From Actinomycetes bacterium (GTDB lineage Bacteria > Actinomycetota > Actinomycetes > Actinomycetales > Microbacteriaceae), in the NCBI GenBank assembly GCA_023457615.1, contig JAEWKY010000268.1:1-44742 (forward strand): DNA of 44,742 bases, read 5' to 3'. Every line of letters starts with the position of its first letter. The stretch's first letter is position 1. Position numbers and translations under genes: made by a program. Shown one piece after another: positions 10,118 to 18,621 of the stretch. Below the pieces are notes generated by a model, which worked only from the letters and a program-made list of their open reading frames with translations, ran no database searches and had not been told where the DNA came from.

Positions 10118-11281
10118 TCAGGCACCCCAGCCCGCCTGGGTGCCGCCGACGCGGTCGCCGGAGATCCTCTCGAAGTACCCGGATGCCGCGTAGGCCGCCA
10201 TCGGATCGGCCGGCAGCCCGCGGCCCTCCCGCCACTCCGCGAGGGCCGGACGCACGTCGGTGTAGAAGGCATCCATCAGCACGGCGTTCGCGGCGAGCAC
10301 GTCGCCCGCCTCCTGCGCCGCCGCGAGGGCCGCGCGGTCGAGCAGCAGCGCGCGCGCGGTCATCTCCTGCACGTTGAGCACGGAGCGGATCTGCCCGGGG
10401 ATCTTGTTCTCGATGTTGTGGCACTGGTCGAGCATGAACGCGACGTCGGCGTTCGCGTAGCCGCCGCCGTCGACGACCGCGACGAGGATGCGGAACAGCT
10501 GGAACGGGTCGGCCGCACCCACGATGAGGTCGTCGTCGGCGTAGAAGCGCGAGTTGAAGTCGAACGAGCCGAGCTTTCCGAGCCGCAGCAGCTGCATGAC
10601 GATGAACTCGATGTTGGTGCCGGGCGCGTGGTGGCCGGTGTCGAGGCAGACCATCGCCTTGTCGCCGAGGGCCGCCACCTGGGCGTACGACGTGCCCCAG
10701 TCGGGAACGTCGGTGTGGTAGAACGCCGGCTCGAAGAACTTGTACTCGAGCACGAGCCGCTGGTCGTCGTCGAGCCGGTCGTAGATGGTCTGCAGCGAGT
10801 CGGCGAGGCGGTCCTGGCGGGCGCGGAGGTCGTCTTGTCCGGGGTAGTTGGTGCCGTCGGCGAGCCAGATCTTGAGGTCGCGCGATCCGGTCGCGTGCAT
10901 GATGTCGAGGCACGCGAAGTGGTGGTCGATCGCCTTCCGGCGGATGGCCGGGTCGCTGTGCGTGAGCGAGCCCAGCTTGTAGTCCTCGTCCTGGAACGTG
11001 TTGGAGTTGATCGTCCCGAGGCGCACCCCCTCGTCCTCGGCGTGCTTCGCGAGGTCGTCGTAGCTCTCGACCTCGTCCCACGGGATGTGCAGGGCGACCG
11101 ACGGCGCGAGCCCGGTGTGCCGGTGCACCTGGGCGGCATCCGACACCTTCTCGAACGGGTCGCGGGGCACGCCCGGCGTCGTGAAGACGCGGAACCGGGT
11201 GCCGGAGTTGCCGAAGGCCCAGGACGGCAGCTCGATCGCCTGAGCGGCGAGGGAGTCGGAGACGGCGGCGAGGTCGGGCAT
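10118..11281 (-). CDS. rhaI: L-rhamnose isomerase (RhaI type)
   Basis: IELPSWAFGNSGTRF, LHIPWD, WLADGTNYPGQ, EYKFFEP, DTGHH. Confidence 0.95.
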   Translation of the reverse strand: MPDLAAVSDSLAAQAIELPSWAFGNSGTRFRVFTTPGVPRDPFEKVSDAAQVHRHTGLAPSVALHIPWDEVESYDDLAKHAEDEGVRLGTINSNTFQDEDYKLGSLTHSDPAIRRKAIDHHFACLDIMHATGSRDLKIWLADGTNYPGQDDLRARQDRLADSLQTIYDRLDDDQRLVLEYKFFEPAFYHTDVPDWGTSYAQVAALGDKAMVCLDTGHHAPGTNIEFIVMQLLRLGKLGSFDFNSRFYADDDLIVGAADPFQLFRILVAVVDGGGYANADVAFMLDQCHNIENKIPGQIRSVLNVQEMTARALLLDRAALAAAQEAGDVLAANAVLMDAFYTDVRPALAEWREGRGLPADPMAAYAASGYFERISGDRVGGTQAGWGA

Positions 11282-11308
11282 GGCGGGACGTCCTTGTCGT
11301 GCGAGAAC

Positions 11309-11320
11309 TGAATCGATTCA
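11309..11320. promoter_or_regulatory. LacI-family operator for the rhamnose divergon
   Basis: Perfect palindrome TGAATCGATTCA with central CG, in the 56-bp gap between rhaI and the LacI gene. Confidence 0.8.
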
Positions 11321-11337
11321 ACGGCCAAGATAGCAGG

Positions 11338-12351
11338 ATGGGCACTCCCCGCGCGAACGTCGGCATCCGCGATGTCGCGCAGCGCGCCGGAGTGTCGGTC
11401 GGCACGGTGTCCAACGTGCTCAACGGGTCCCCCCGGGTGTCGCCGGTCACGGTAGAGCGCGTGCGCGCCGCGATCTCCGACCTCGGCTACGTGCGCAACG
11501 AGGCGGCCCGGCAGCTGAGGGCGGGCCGCAGCTCGAGCGTCGGCCTCGTCGTGCTCGACGTGCGCAACCCGTTCTTCACCGACGTCGCCCGCGGCGCCGA
11601 GGACGAGGCCGCCCGGTTCGGGCTCTCGGTGATCCTCGGCAACTCCGACGAGGACGTCGCGCGGGAGTCGTCGTACCTCGACCTCTTCGAGGAGCAGCGG
11701 GTGCACGGCATCCTGATCTCCCCGTTCGGCGACATCGAGGACCGGCTCGCCGAGCTGCGCCGTCGCGGCACGCCCGTCGTGCTGGTCGACCGCGAGAGCC
11801 GGGATGCCGCCGTCAGCTCGGTCTCCGTCGACGACGTCGCCGGGGGGCGCCTCGCGGTCGCGCACCTGCTCTCGACGGGGCGGCGCCGCATCGCGTTCGT
11901 CGGCGGTCCGCTCGGCATCCGGCAGATCTCCGACCGCCTCGCCGGGGCCCGCGCGGCCGTCGCGGAGGTGCCGGGGGCGACGCTCGAGGAGCTCGAGACG
12001 GCGGCCCTCACGGTGCTCGAGGGACGTCGCGTGGGCGAGGACCTCGTCGCGCGGACGGAGCGTCCGGACGCGGTCTTCGCGGCGAACGACCTCGTCGCGG
12101 TCGGACTCCTGCAGGCCCTCGTCATGTCGGGCCGGCTGAGGGTGCCGGACGACGTCGCGCTCGTCGGGTTCGACGACATCGATTTCGCGAGCGCCACGGT
12201 CGTGCCGCTCACCTCGGTGCGACAGCCCCGCCACGAGATCGGGGCGACGGCGCTGCGCATCCTGCGCGAGGAGGCCGCCGAGCCCGAGCGGCCCCCGCGG
12301 CGCATCGTGTTCCAGCCCGAGCTCGTCGTGCGGGCGTCGACGGGGGCTTGA
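11338..12351 (+). CDS. LacI-family regulator of rhamnose utilisation
   Basis: HTH IRDVAQRAGVSVGTVSNVLN plus sugar-binding domain (GFDD, LTSVRQP). Confidence 0.92.
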   Translation: MGTPRANVGIRDVAQRAGVSVGTVSNVLNGSPRVSPVTVERVRAAISDLGYVRNEAARQLRAGRSSSVGLVVLDVRNPFFTDVARGAEDEAARFGLSVILGNSDEDVARESSYLDLFEEQRVHGILISPFGDIEDRLAELRRRGTPVVLVDRESRDAAVSSVSVDDVAGGRLAVAHLLSTGRRRIAFVGGPLGIRQISDRLAGARAAVAEVPGATLEELETAALTVLEGRRVGEDLVARTERPDAVFAANDLVAVGLLQALVMSGRLRVPDDVALVGFDDIDFASATVVPLTSVRQPRHEIGATALRILREEAAEPERPPRRIVFQPELVVRASTGA

Positions 12352-12463
12352 GCTCGCGTTTGTTGCACGCGCGTCCGAACTCCGGGGCGCGAGTGCGACG
12401 AGAGCGCGCGCAAGGGATGTCAACCCCCGACACCGCTCCGGGCGCCCGGACAGGATCGGGGGC

Positions 12464-13063
12464 ATGACGACCGATCCGTACCCCGCCCCGCCGTCCGCAC
12501 CCGACGCGGCGCCGACCCGCGGCGGACGCGCGCTGCTCGCCGCCGCCCTCGTCTTCGTCGGCGGCTATCTCGTGATCGCCGCGTTCAGCGGACAGCTCGC
12601 CGCCGCGCTCGCCGGCTTCCTCGGGGCGGGTCCGGCGTACACCGTGCTCGTCGTGGCGCAGTTCGTCTTCGCGATCGTCGTCGTGCTTACGGGTCTCGTC
12701 GCCGCGCCCGGCAGCGGCATCGGCAAGCTCGTCGGGGCGATCGTCGTCGTCGTCGGCCTCGCCGTCGTGCTCGCCGTGAGCGCCCTCCGGCTCACGGGCG
12801 CCCTGAGACTGGGCGTCGAGTCGTTCTACTCGATCACGAACCCGTGGCTCATGACCGTGCTGCTCGTCGGGATCGCCTGGCTGCTCGTGCGGCGCGCCCG
12901 GCTCGGCTGGCTCGCGCTGCTCGGCGTGATCGTGCTGTCGCCCGTGCCGCAGTGGCTCGTGCTCGCGAACGTCGACACGGGCGTCGTGCAGCTCGTGATG
13001 TTCGCGCTCAGCGCCGTCGTCGGCGCGGCCATCCTCGCGGCCGGCCGTCCGTGGGCCGACTGA
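12464..13063 (+). CDS. hypothetical integral membrane protein (~6 TM)
   Basis: 199 aa with alternating hydrophobic segments. Typical codon usage. Confidence 0.75.
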   Translation: MTTDPYPAPPSAPDAAPTRGGRALLAAALVFVGGYLVIAAFSGQLAAALAGFLGAGPAYTVLVVAQFVFAIVVVLTGLVAAPGSGIGKLVGAIVVVVGLAVVLAVSALRLTGALRLGVESFYSITNPWLMTVLLVGIAWLLVRRARLGWLALLGVIVLSPVPQWLVLANVDTGVVQLVMFALSAVVGAAILAAGRPWAD

Positions 13064-13069
13064 CGCGGG

Positions 13070-13085
13070 GAAACACCGCCGCAAC
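13070..13085 (+). promoter_or_regulatory. candidate GlnR-type site
   Basis: GAAAC-n6-GCAAC (AC-n9-AC spacing) just upstream of the TAGGCT -10 of the ATP-grasp operon. Confidence 0.45.
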
Positions 13086-13107
13086 ATCCCGGTCCTAGGC
13101 TTCACGC

Positions 13108-14742
13108 ATGGGCGACCTGTTCGACGGCTACGGCGCCGCCGCCACGACGCGGCGCGGCGCCGACCCGTGGGACGAGATGTTCGCCGACATCGCCGCCGCG
13201 GGCGGGTCGAACGCCCGCGCGCCGTACCGCGACATCCACTCGGCGCTCGCCCGGATGACCCAGAAGGAGCTGCGCGGACGCACCGAGTCGCTCGCCTCGA
13301 GCTATCTCGCGCAGGGCGTCACGTTCGACTTCGCGGGCGAGGAGCGGCCCTTCCCGCTCGACGCCGTGCCGCGCGTGATCCCGCAGGACGAGTGGCTCAC
13401 CGTCGAGGCGGGCGTGAAGCAGCGCGTGAAGGCGCTCGAGCTCTTCCTCGCCGACGTGTACGGCGAGCAGCGCGCCGTACGGGACGGGGTCATCCCCGCC
13501 CGGCTCATCTCGTCGAGCGAGCACTTCCACCGCGAGGCCGCGGGGATCGACCCCGCGAACGGCGTGCGCATCCAGGTGTCGGGCATCGACCTCATCCGCG
13601 ACGAGCACGGCGCGTGGCGCGTGCTCGAGGACAACGTGCGGGTGCCGTCGGGCGTCTCGTACGTCATCTCGAACCGCCGGGTGATGGCGCAGACGCTGCC
13701 CGAGCTGTTCATGTCGATGCGCGTGCGGCCGGTCGGCGACTACCCGCAGCGGCTCCTTCACGCGCTGCGGGCCGCGGCGCCGTCCGGCGTCGAGGATCCG
13801 ACGGTCGTCGTGCTCACCCCGGGCGTGTACAACTCGGCGTACTTCGAGCACACCCTGCTCGCGCGGCTCATGGGCGTCGAGCTCGTCGAGGGGCGCGACC
13901 TGTTCTGCTCCGGCGGCAGGGTGTGGATGCGCACGACCGCCGGTCCGACGAGGGTCGACGTGATCTACCGCCGGGTCGACGACGAGTTCCTCGATCCCCT
14001 GCTGTTCCGCGCCGATTCGATGCTCGGCTCGCCGGGACTCATGCTCGCCGCGCGGCTGGGCAACGTCACGATCGCCAACGCGGTCGGCAACGGCGTCGCG
14101 GACGACAAGCTCGTCTACACCTACCTGCCCGACCTCATCCGGTACTACCTCGCCGAGGACGCGATCCTGCCGAACGTGCGCACCTGGCGGCTCGAGGAGC
14201 CGGGCGCGCTCGAGGAGGTGCTCGACCGGCTCGACGAGCTCGTCGTGAAGCCCGTCGCGGGCTCGGGCGGCAAGGGCCTCGTGGTCGGACCCGACGCCTC
14301 CCCCGCCGAGCTCGAGACCCTCCGCGGGCAGCTGCTCGCCGACCCCCGCGGGTGGATCGCGCAACCCGTCGTGCAGCTCTCGACGATCCCGACGCTCGTG
14401 GAGGACGGGATGCGCCCCCGGCACGCCGATCTGCGGCCGTTCGCCGTCAACGACGGCTCGGATGTCTGGGTCCTCCCGGGCGGCCTCACCCGGGTCGCCC
14501 TGCCCGAGGGTCAGCTCGTCGTCAACTCGTCGCAGGGCGGCGGCTCGAAGGACACCTGGGTGGTCGGGCTCGACCCGCTGCGCACGCCCGAGCACGACGT
14601 GTCGTCGCTCGTCGCCGATCAGGCCGCGGTCACCTCGTCGATCCCGATCATCTCGGCGGAGTCGCACCTGCAGGATCACAACCCGCACGACCTCCCCCGC
14701 CACGACCAGCAGCAACAGCAGCAGCAGGCGGCATCGTGCTGA
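13108..14742 (+). CDS. circularly permuted type 2 ATP-grasp protein (Rv2411c-like)
   Basis: ERPFPLDAVPR, VLEDNVRVPSGVSY, NSAYFEH, DVIYRRVDD, GVADDK, PGGLTRVAL, VNSSQGGGSKDTW. C-terminal Q7. Confidence 0.93.
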   Translation: MGDLFDGYGAAATTRRGADPWDEMFADIAAAGGSNARAPYRDIHSALARMTQKELRGRTESLASSYLAQGVTFDFAGEERPFPLDAVPRVIPQDEWLTVEAGVKQRVKALELFLADVYGEQRAVRDGVIPARLISSSEHFHREAAGIDPANGVRIQVSGIDLIRDEHGAWRVLEDNVRVPSGVSYVISNRRVMAQTLPELFMSMRVRPVGDYPQRLLHALRAAAPSGVEDPTVVVLTPGVYNSAYFEHTLLARLMGVELVEGRDLFCSGGRVWMRTTAGPTRVDVIYRRVDDEFLDPLLFRADSMLGSPGLMLAARLGNVTIANAVGNGVADDKLVYTYLPDLIRYYLAEDAILPNVRTWRLEEPGALEEVLDRLDELVVKPVAGSGGKGLVVGPDASPAELETLRGQLLADPRGWIAQPVVQLSTIPTLVEDGMRPRHADLRPFAVNDGSDVWVLPGGLTRVALPEGQLVVNSSQGGGSKDTWVVGLDPLRTPEHDVSSLVADQAAVTSSIPIISAESHLQDHNPHDLPRHDQQQQQQQAASC

Positions 14743-15665
14743 GCCGCATCGCGGAGAGCCTCTTCTGGATCGGGAGGTACATCGAGCGCAGCGACGGCAC
14801 CGCGCGCATCCTCGACGTGCACCTGCAGCTGCTGCTCGAGGACCCGTGGATCGAGGAGAACCTCGCCTGCCGCTCGCTGCTCTCCGTGATGGGCACCGAG
14901 GTCGACGAGGATGCCGAGGTGACCCGCGGCGACGTGCTCACGATCCTCGCCGTCGACCGCAACCAGCCGGCCTCCATCGCCTACTCCCTGAACGCCGCGC
15001 GCGAGAACGCCCGCCGCGCGCGCGAGGTCGTCAACACGGAGCTCTGGGAGGTGCTCAACACCACCCGCGCCCGGATGCCGCGCAAGGTCGCGAGCGACAA
15101 GGTGCACGAGTTCTTCACGTGGGTGCGCGAGCGGTCGGCGCTCGCCGTCGGCATCGTCGAGTCGGCGACCAACCGCGACGAGGCGTACCGGTTCTTCACC
15201 CTCGGCCGGTCGATCGAGCGCGCCGACATGACCGCCCGTCTGCTCGCGACGCGGTCGCTCACCGAGGCGTCGGGTCCGAGCTGGACGACGATCCTGCGCA
15301 GCGTCGGCGCCTACGAGGCCTACCTGCGCACCTACCGCGGCATCCCGAGCGCGCAGAAGGCCGCCGAGTTCCTGCTGCTCGACCGGCTGTTCCCGCGCAG
15401 CATCCTGTACTCGGTCACGCGCGCCGAGCAGCAGCTGCGCGAGATCGAGCCGCGCACCGACCGGGTCGGCGTGAGCGACCAGGCGCTGCGGCTGCTCGGG
15501 CAGATCCGCAGCGAGCTCGAGTACCGGTCGATCTCCGACCTCGTCGCCGATCTGCCGACCCACATGGATGCCGTGCAGGCCACGACGACGTCGGTGAGCG
15601 AGGCGATCCGGGCCCGGTACTTCCCGACGAACGACATCGCCGCGTGGATCGGGGAGAACACGTGA
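14736..15665 (+). CDS. alpha-E domain protein (DUF403)
   Basis: GTG at 14736 overlaps the upstream stop. LSRIAESLFWIGRYIERSD, ARENARRARE, GRSIERAD, FPRS. Confidence 0.92.
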   Translation: MLSRIAESLFWIGRYIERSDGTARILDVHLQLLLEDPWIEENLACRSLLSVMGTEVDEDAEVTRGDVLTILAVDRNQPASIAYSLNAARENARRAREVVNTELWEVLNTTRARMPRKVASDKVHEFFTWVRERSALAVGIVESATNRDEAYRFFTLGRSIERADMTARLLATRSLTEASGPSWTTILRSVGAYEAYLRTYRGIPSAQKAAEFLLLDRLFPRSILYSVTRAEQQLREIEPRTDRVGVSDQALRLLGQIRSELEYRSISDLVADLPTHMDAVQATTTSVSEAIRARYFPTNDIAAWIGENT

Positions 15666-15678
15666 GGCGGCGGCACTC

Positions 15679-16524
15679 GTGAAGAGACTGAGGATCCGGC
15701 ACGTCACGGGCTTCCACTACGACGGCGAGGTCACGGCGTCGTACAACGAGGCGCGGATGCTGCCGGCGAGCGCCGACGGGCAGCTCGTGCTCTTCTCGAA
15801 TCTCGAGATCTCGCCGATCTCGAGCTCGCACGCGTACGTCGACTACTGGGGCACGCGGGTGTCGTCGTTCGAGATCCTGACCCCGCACCGCGAGCTGTCG
15901 CTCACCGCGACGAGCCTCGTCGAGGTGCGCGACCGGCCGCATCCCGAGCATCGCCTCGAGTGGACCGCGCTCGCCGACGAGATCGAGACGTCGACCGAGT
16001 ACGTCGAGCAGCTCGGGCAGACCGCCCGCACGCGCCCGCCGGCCGAGGTCGTCGAGCTCGCGCAGTCGCTCGTCGCCCAGGCCGCGAACCCGTGCGACGC
16101 GGCCCTCGCGATCTGCCGCGCGATCGGCGAGCGCATCGAGTACCTGCCCGGGTCGACGACCGTCACGACGACCGCGGCCGAGGCGTGGGCGCATAAGAAG
16201 GGCGTCTGCCAGGACATCACGCAGCTCGCGATCGGCGCGCTGCGCGCGGTCGGCATCCCGGCCCGCTATGTGAGCGGCTACCTGCACCCGAATCCGGATG
16301 CCGAGGTCGGCGTCACGATCGCGGGCGAGAGCCACGCGTGGGTCGAGTACTTCTGCGGCCACTGGCAGGGCTACGACCCGACGAACCTCATCGACATCGG
16401 CGACCGCCACGTCACCGTCGGTCGCGGTCGCGACTACGGGGATGTCGCTCCCCTGCGCGGCGTGTACGCCGGGCCGTTCGGGTCGAAGCTCTTCGTGACC
16501 GTGGAGATCACCCGCGAGTCTTGA
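15679..16524 (+). CDS. transglutaminase-family protein
   Basis: Bact_transglu_N start RLRIRHVT. Intact triad GVCQD / HAWVE / YDPTN, plus GRDYGDVAP. Confidence 0.93.
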   Translation: MKRLRIRHVTGFHYDGEVTASYNEARMLPASADGQLVLFSNLEISPISSSHAYVDYWGTRVSSFEILTPHRELSLTATSLVEVRDRPHPEHRLEWTALADEIETSTEYVEQLGQTARTRPPAEVVELAQSLVAQAANPCDAALAICRAIGERIEYLPGSTTVTTTAAEAWAHKKGVCQDITQLAIGALRAVGIPARYVSGYLHPNPDAEVGVTIAGESHAWVEYFCGHWQGYDPTNLIDIGDRHVTVGRGRDYGDVAPLRGVYAGPFGSKLFVTVEITRES

Positions 16525-16536
16525 GTCGCGTGTCGT

Positions 16537-16647
16537 GTGCGTTTCTCCGGAGGTCTGCGCCCGGGTCCGGAGAGTCGCTCGGAGATACGGGGTGCGCCGA
16601 GCGAGGCTCCGGAGAAACGCACCAGAACTCCGGAGAAACGCACCAGA
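16537..16647. repeat. second intergenic palindromic element with tandem duplication of one arm
   Basis: GTGCGTTTCTCCGGAG (16537-16552) is the inverse of CTCCGGAGAAACGCAC. The 20-mer CTCCGGAGAAACGCACCAGA occurs at 16607-16626 and 16628-16647. Confidence 0.85.
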
Positions 16648-16648
16648 G

Positions 16649-17638
16649 TCACCCCGCGAGCTTCACCAATCGGTCGAAGGCGTCGCTCAGCTCGGGCTTC
16701 ACGACCTGCCGGCGCGGGTCGGCGAGGTGCCACTCGACGATCTCGCGGGCGCCGTCGGCGAACGGGATGACGGCCTCCCATCCGGGGACGAGCCGCTTCA
16801 CGCGCGTGTTGTCGAACACGACCGAGTGCGCCTTGTCGCCGACGAGGCCCGGGCCGAGGTCCGGGAGGGCGCGGGCGATGGTGTCGGAGGCGACGTGCAC
16901 GATCTCGGGGACGACGCCCAGCGCCGCTCCCAGCAGGCCCGCGATGGCATCCCACGTGAGCACCTCGTCGCCCGTGATGTGCACGGGCGACCCGAGGGCG
17001 TGCGGGTTGCCGAGCAGCCCGACGAACGCGCGGGCGAAGTCGCGGGAGTGGGTGAGGGTCCACAGCGAGGTGCCGTCGCCGTGCACCACGACGGGGAGGC
17101 CGCGCCGCATCCGGTCGAGCGCCGTCCAGCCGCCCTCGAGCGGGATGGAGCCGCCGTCGTAGGTGTGCGACGGCCGCACGATCGTCATCGGGAACCCGGT
17201 GTCGCGGTAGGCCGCGACGAGGAGGTCCTCGCCCGCGATCTTGTCGCGCGAGTACTGCCAGTACGGGTTGCGCAGGGGCGTCGACTCGACGATCGGCAGC
17301 GCGGCGACGGGCTTCTGGTAGGCGGAGGCCGACGAGATGAAGACGTAGTGCCCCGTGCGACCGGCGAAGGTCTCGAGGTCGGCGGCGACGTGCTCGGGGG
17401 TGAAGGCGCGGAAGTTGACGACGACGTCGTACTCCGCGGAGCCGAGGGCGGCGCGCACCGACGCGGCGTCGGTCGCGTCGGCGGTGAGGGTCTGCACGCC
17501 GTCGATCGGCGGGCGCGTCGACCCGATCCCGCGCGTGAGGTGGGTGAGCTCGTCGCCTCGGGCGAGCACCTCGCGACTGCACGAGGCGCTGATCGTGCCG
17601 TTGCCGCCGAGGAACAGGATGCGCCGAGCCGTCGCCAT
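16649..17638 (-). CDS. NAD-dependent epimerase/dehydratase (extended SDR)
   Basis: GGNGTIS, YVFISSAS, YSRDK, VRPSHTY. Confidence 0.88.
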   Translation of the reverse strand: MATARRILFLGGNGTISASCSREVLARGDELTHLTRGIGSTRPPIDGVQTLTADATDAASVRAALGSAEYDVVVNFRAFTPEHVAADLETFAGRTGHYVFISSASAYQKPVAALPIVESTPLRNPYWQYSRDKIAGEDLLVAAYRDTGFPMTIVRPSHTYDGGSIPLEGGWTALDRMRRGLPVVVHGDGTSLWTLTHSRDFARAFVGLLGNPHALGSPVHITGDEVLTWDAIAGLLGAALGVVPEIVHVASDTIARALPDLGPGLVGDKAHSVVFDNTRVKRLVPGWEAVIPFADGAREIVEWHLADPRRQVVKPELSDAFDRLVKLAG

Positions 17639-17726
17639 CCCGCCACCCTAGACGCCGCACCGGCGCGGCGACTGGCAAGGTGGACGTCGAGGCCCGGGCG
17701 ACGCGCGGGCCGCCCGGAAGGACGAC

Positions 17727-18614
17727 ATGCCCGGTCTCGACGACATCCAGATCCGCGACCCGTTCGTGCTGCCCGACCCGGTGGCGCGCCGCTACCACCT
17801 GTTCGGCAGCACGGATCCGAACGTGTGGTCTGGGCCCGCGACGGGATTCGACACCTATTGGAGCGACGACCTCGTCGCCTGGCACGGGCCGTCGCCGGCC
17901 TTCCGGCCGAGCCCCGACTTCTGGTCGCACACCGAGTACTGGGCTCCCGAGGTGCACGTCTACGAGGGCGCCTTCTACATGTTCGCGACCTTCGTGGCGC
18001 CGGGGCGGAAGCGCGGCACGCAGGTGCTGCGGGCGGAGCGGCCGGAGGGTCCGTACGAGCCGTGGTCGGACGGACCGCTCACCCCCCGCCACTGGGAGTG
18101 CCTCGACGGCACGCTCCTCGTCGAGGACGGTGAGCCGTGGCTCGTCTTCTGTCACGAGTGGAAGGACCTCGTCGACGGCGAGATGGTCGCGGTGCGCCTC
18201 ACCCCCGACCTGCGCGGCACCGTCGGAGAGCCCGAGCGGCTCTTCGCGGCGTCGGAGGCGCCCTGGGTGCGCGTCTTCGAGCATCCCTCGGTGCCCGACG
18301 GTCAGGAGCCGTACATCACCGACGGCCCGTGGATGCACCGCACGGCGGACGGCGTGCTGCTCATGCTCTGGTCGAGCTGCGGCGCCGAGGGCTACGCGTT
18401 GAGCGTGGCGACGTCGGAATCGGGCCGGCTCGCCGGTCCCTGGCGGCAGGAGGCCGAGCCGCTCTACCCGCGCGACGGCGGCCACGGGATGCTGTTCCGA
18501 GCCTTCGACGGCACGCTGTACCTGACGCTGCACCAGCCCAACGACACCCCGAACGAGCGCGCGAGGCTCATCCGCGTCGTCGAGACGGAGGGCGGCCTCC
18601 GCCTCGCGGAGTGA
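17727..18614 (+). CDS. glycoside hydrolase family 43 protein (no signal peptide)
   Basis: IRDPFVL, YWAPEV, CLDGTL, TDGP, GGHGMLF five-bladed propeller motifs. Confidence 0.88.
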   Translation: MPGLDDIQIRDPFVLPDPVARRYHLFGSTDPNVWSGPATGFDTYWSDDLVAWHGPSPAFRPSPDFWSHTEYWAPEVHVYEGAFYMFATFVAPGRKRGTQVLRAERPEGPYEPWSDGPLTPRHWECLDGTLLVEDGEPWLVFCHEWKDLVDGEMVAVRLTPDLRGTVGEPERLFAASEAPWVRVFEHPSVPDGQEPYITDGPWMHRTADGVLLMLWSSCGAEGYALSVATSESGRLAGPWRQEAEPLYPRDGGHGMLFRAFDGTLYLTLHQPNDTPNERARLIRVVETEGGLRLAE

Positions 18615-18621
18615 CCCGAGG

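Noticed and set aside
3716..16647. Repeats as CRISPR arrays
   Set aside because: Copies are inverted or directly adjacent, with no run of unique equal-length spacers and no cas genes.
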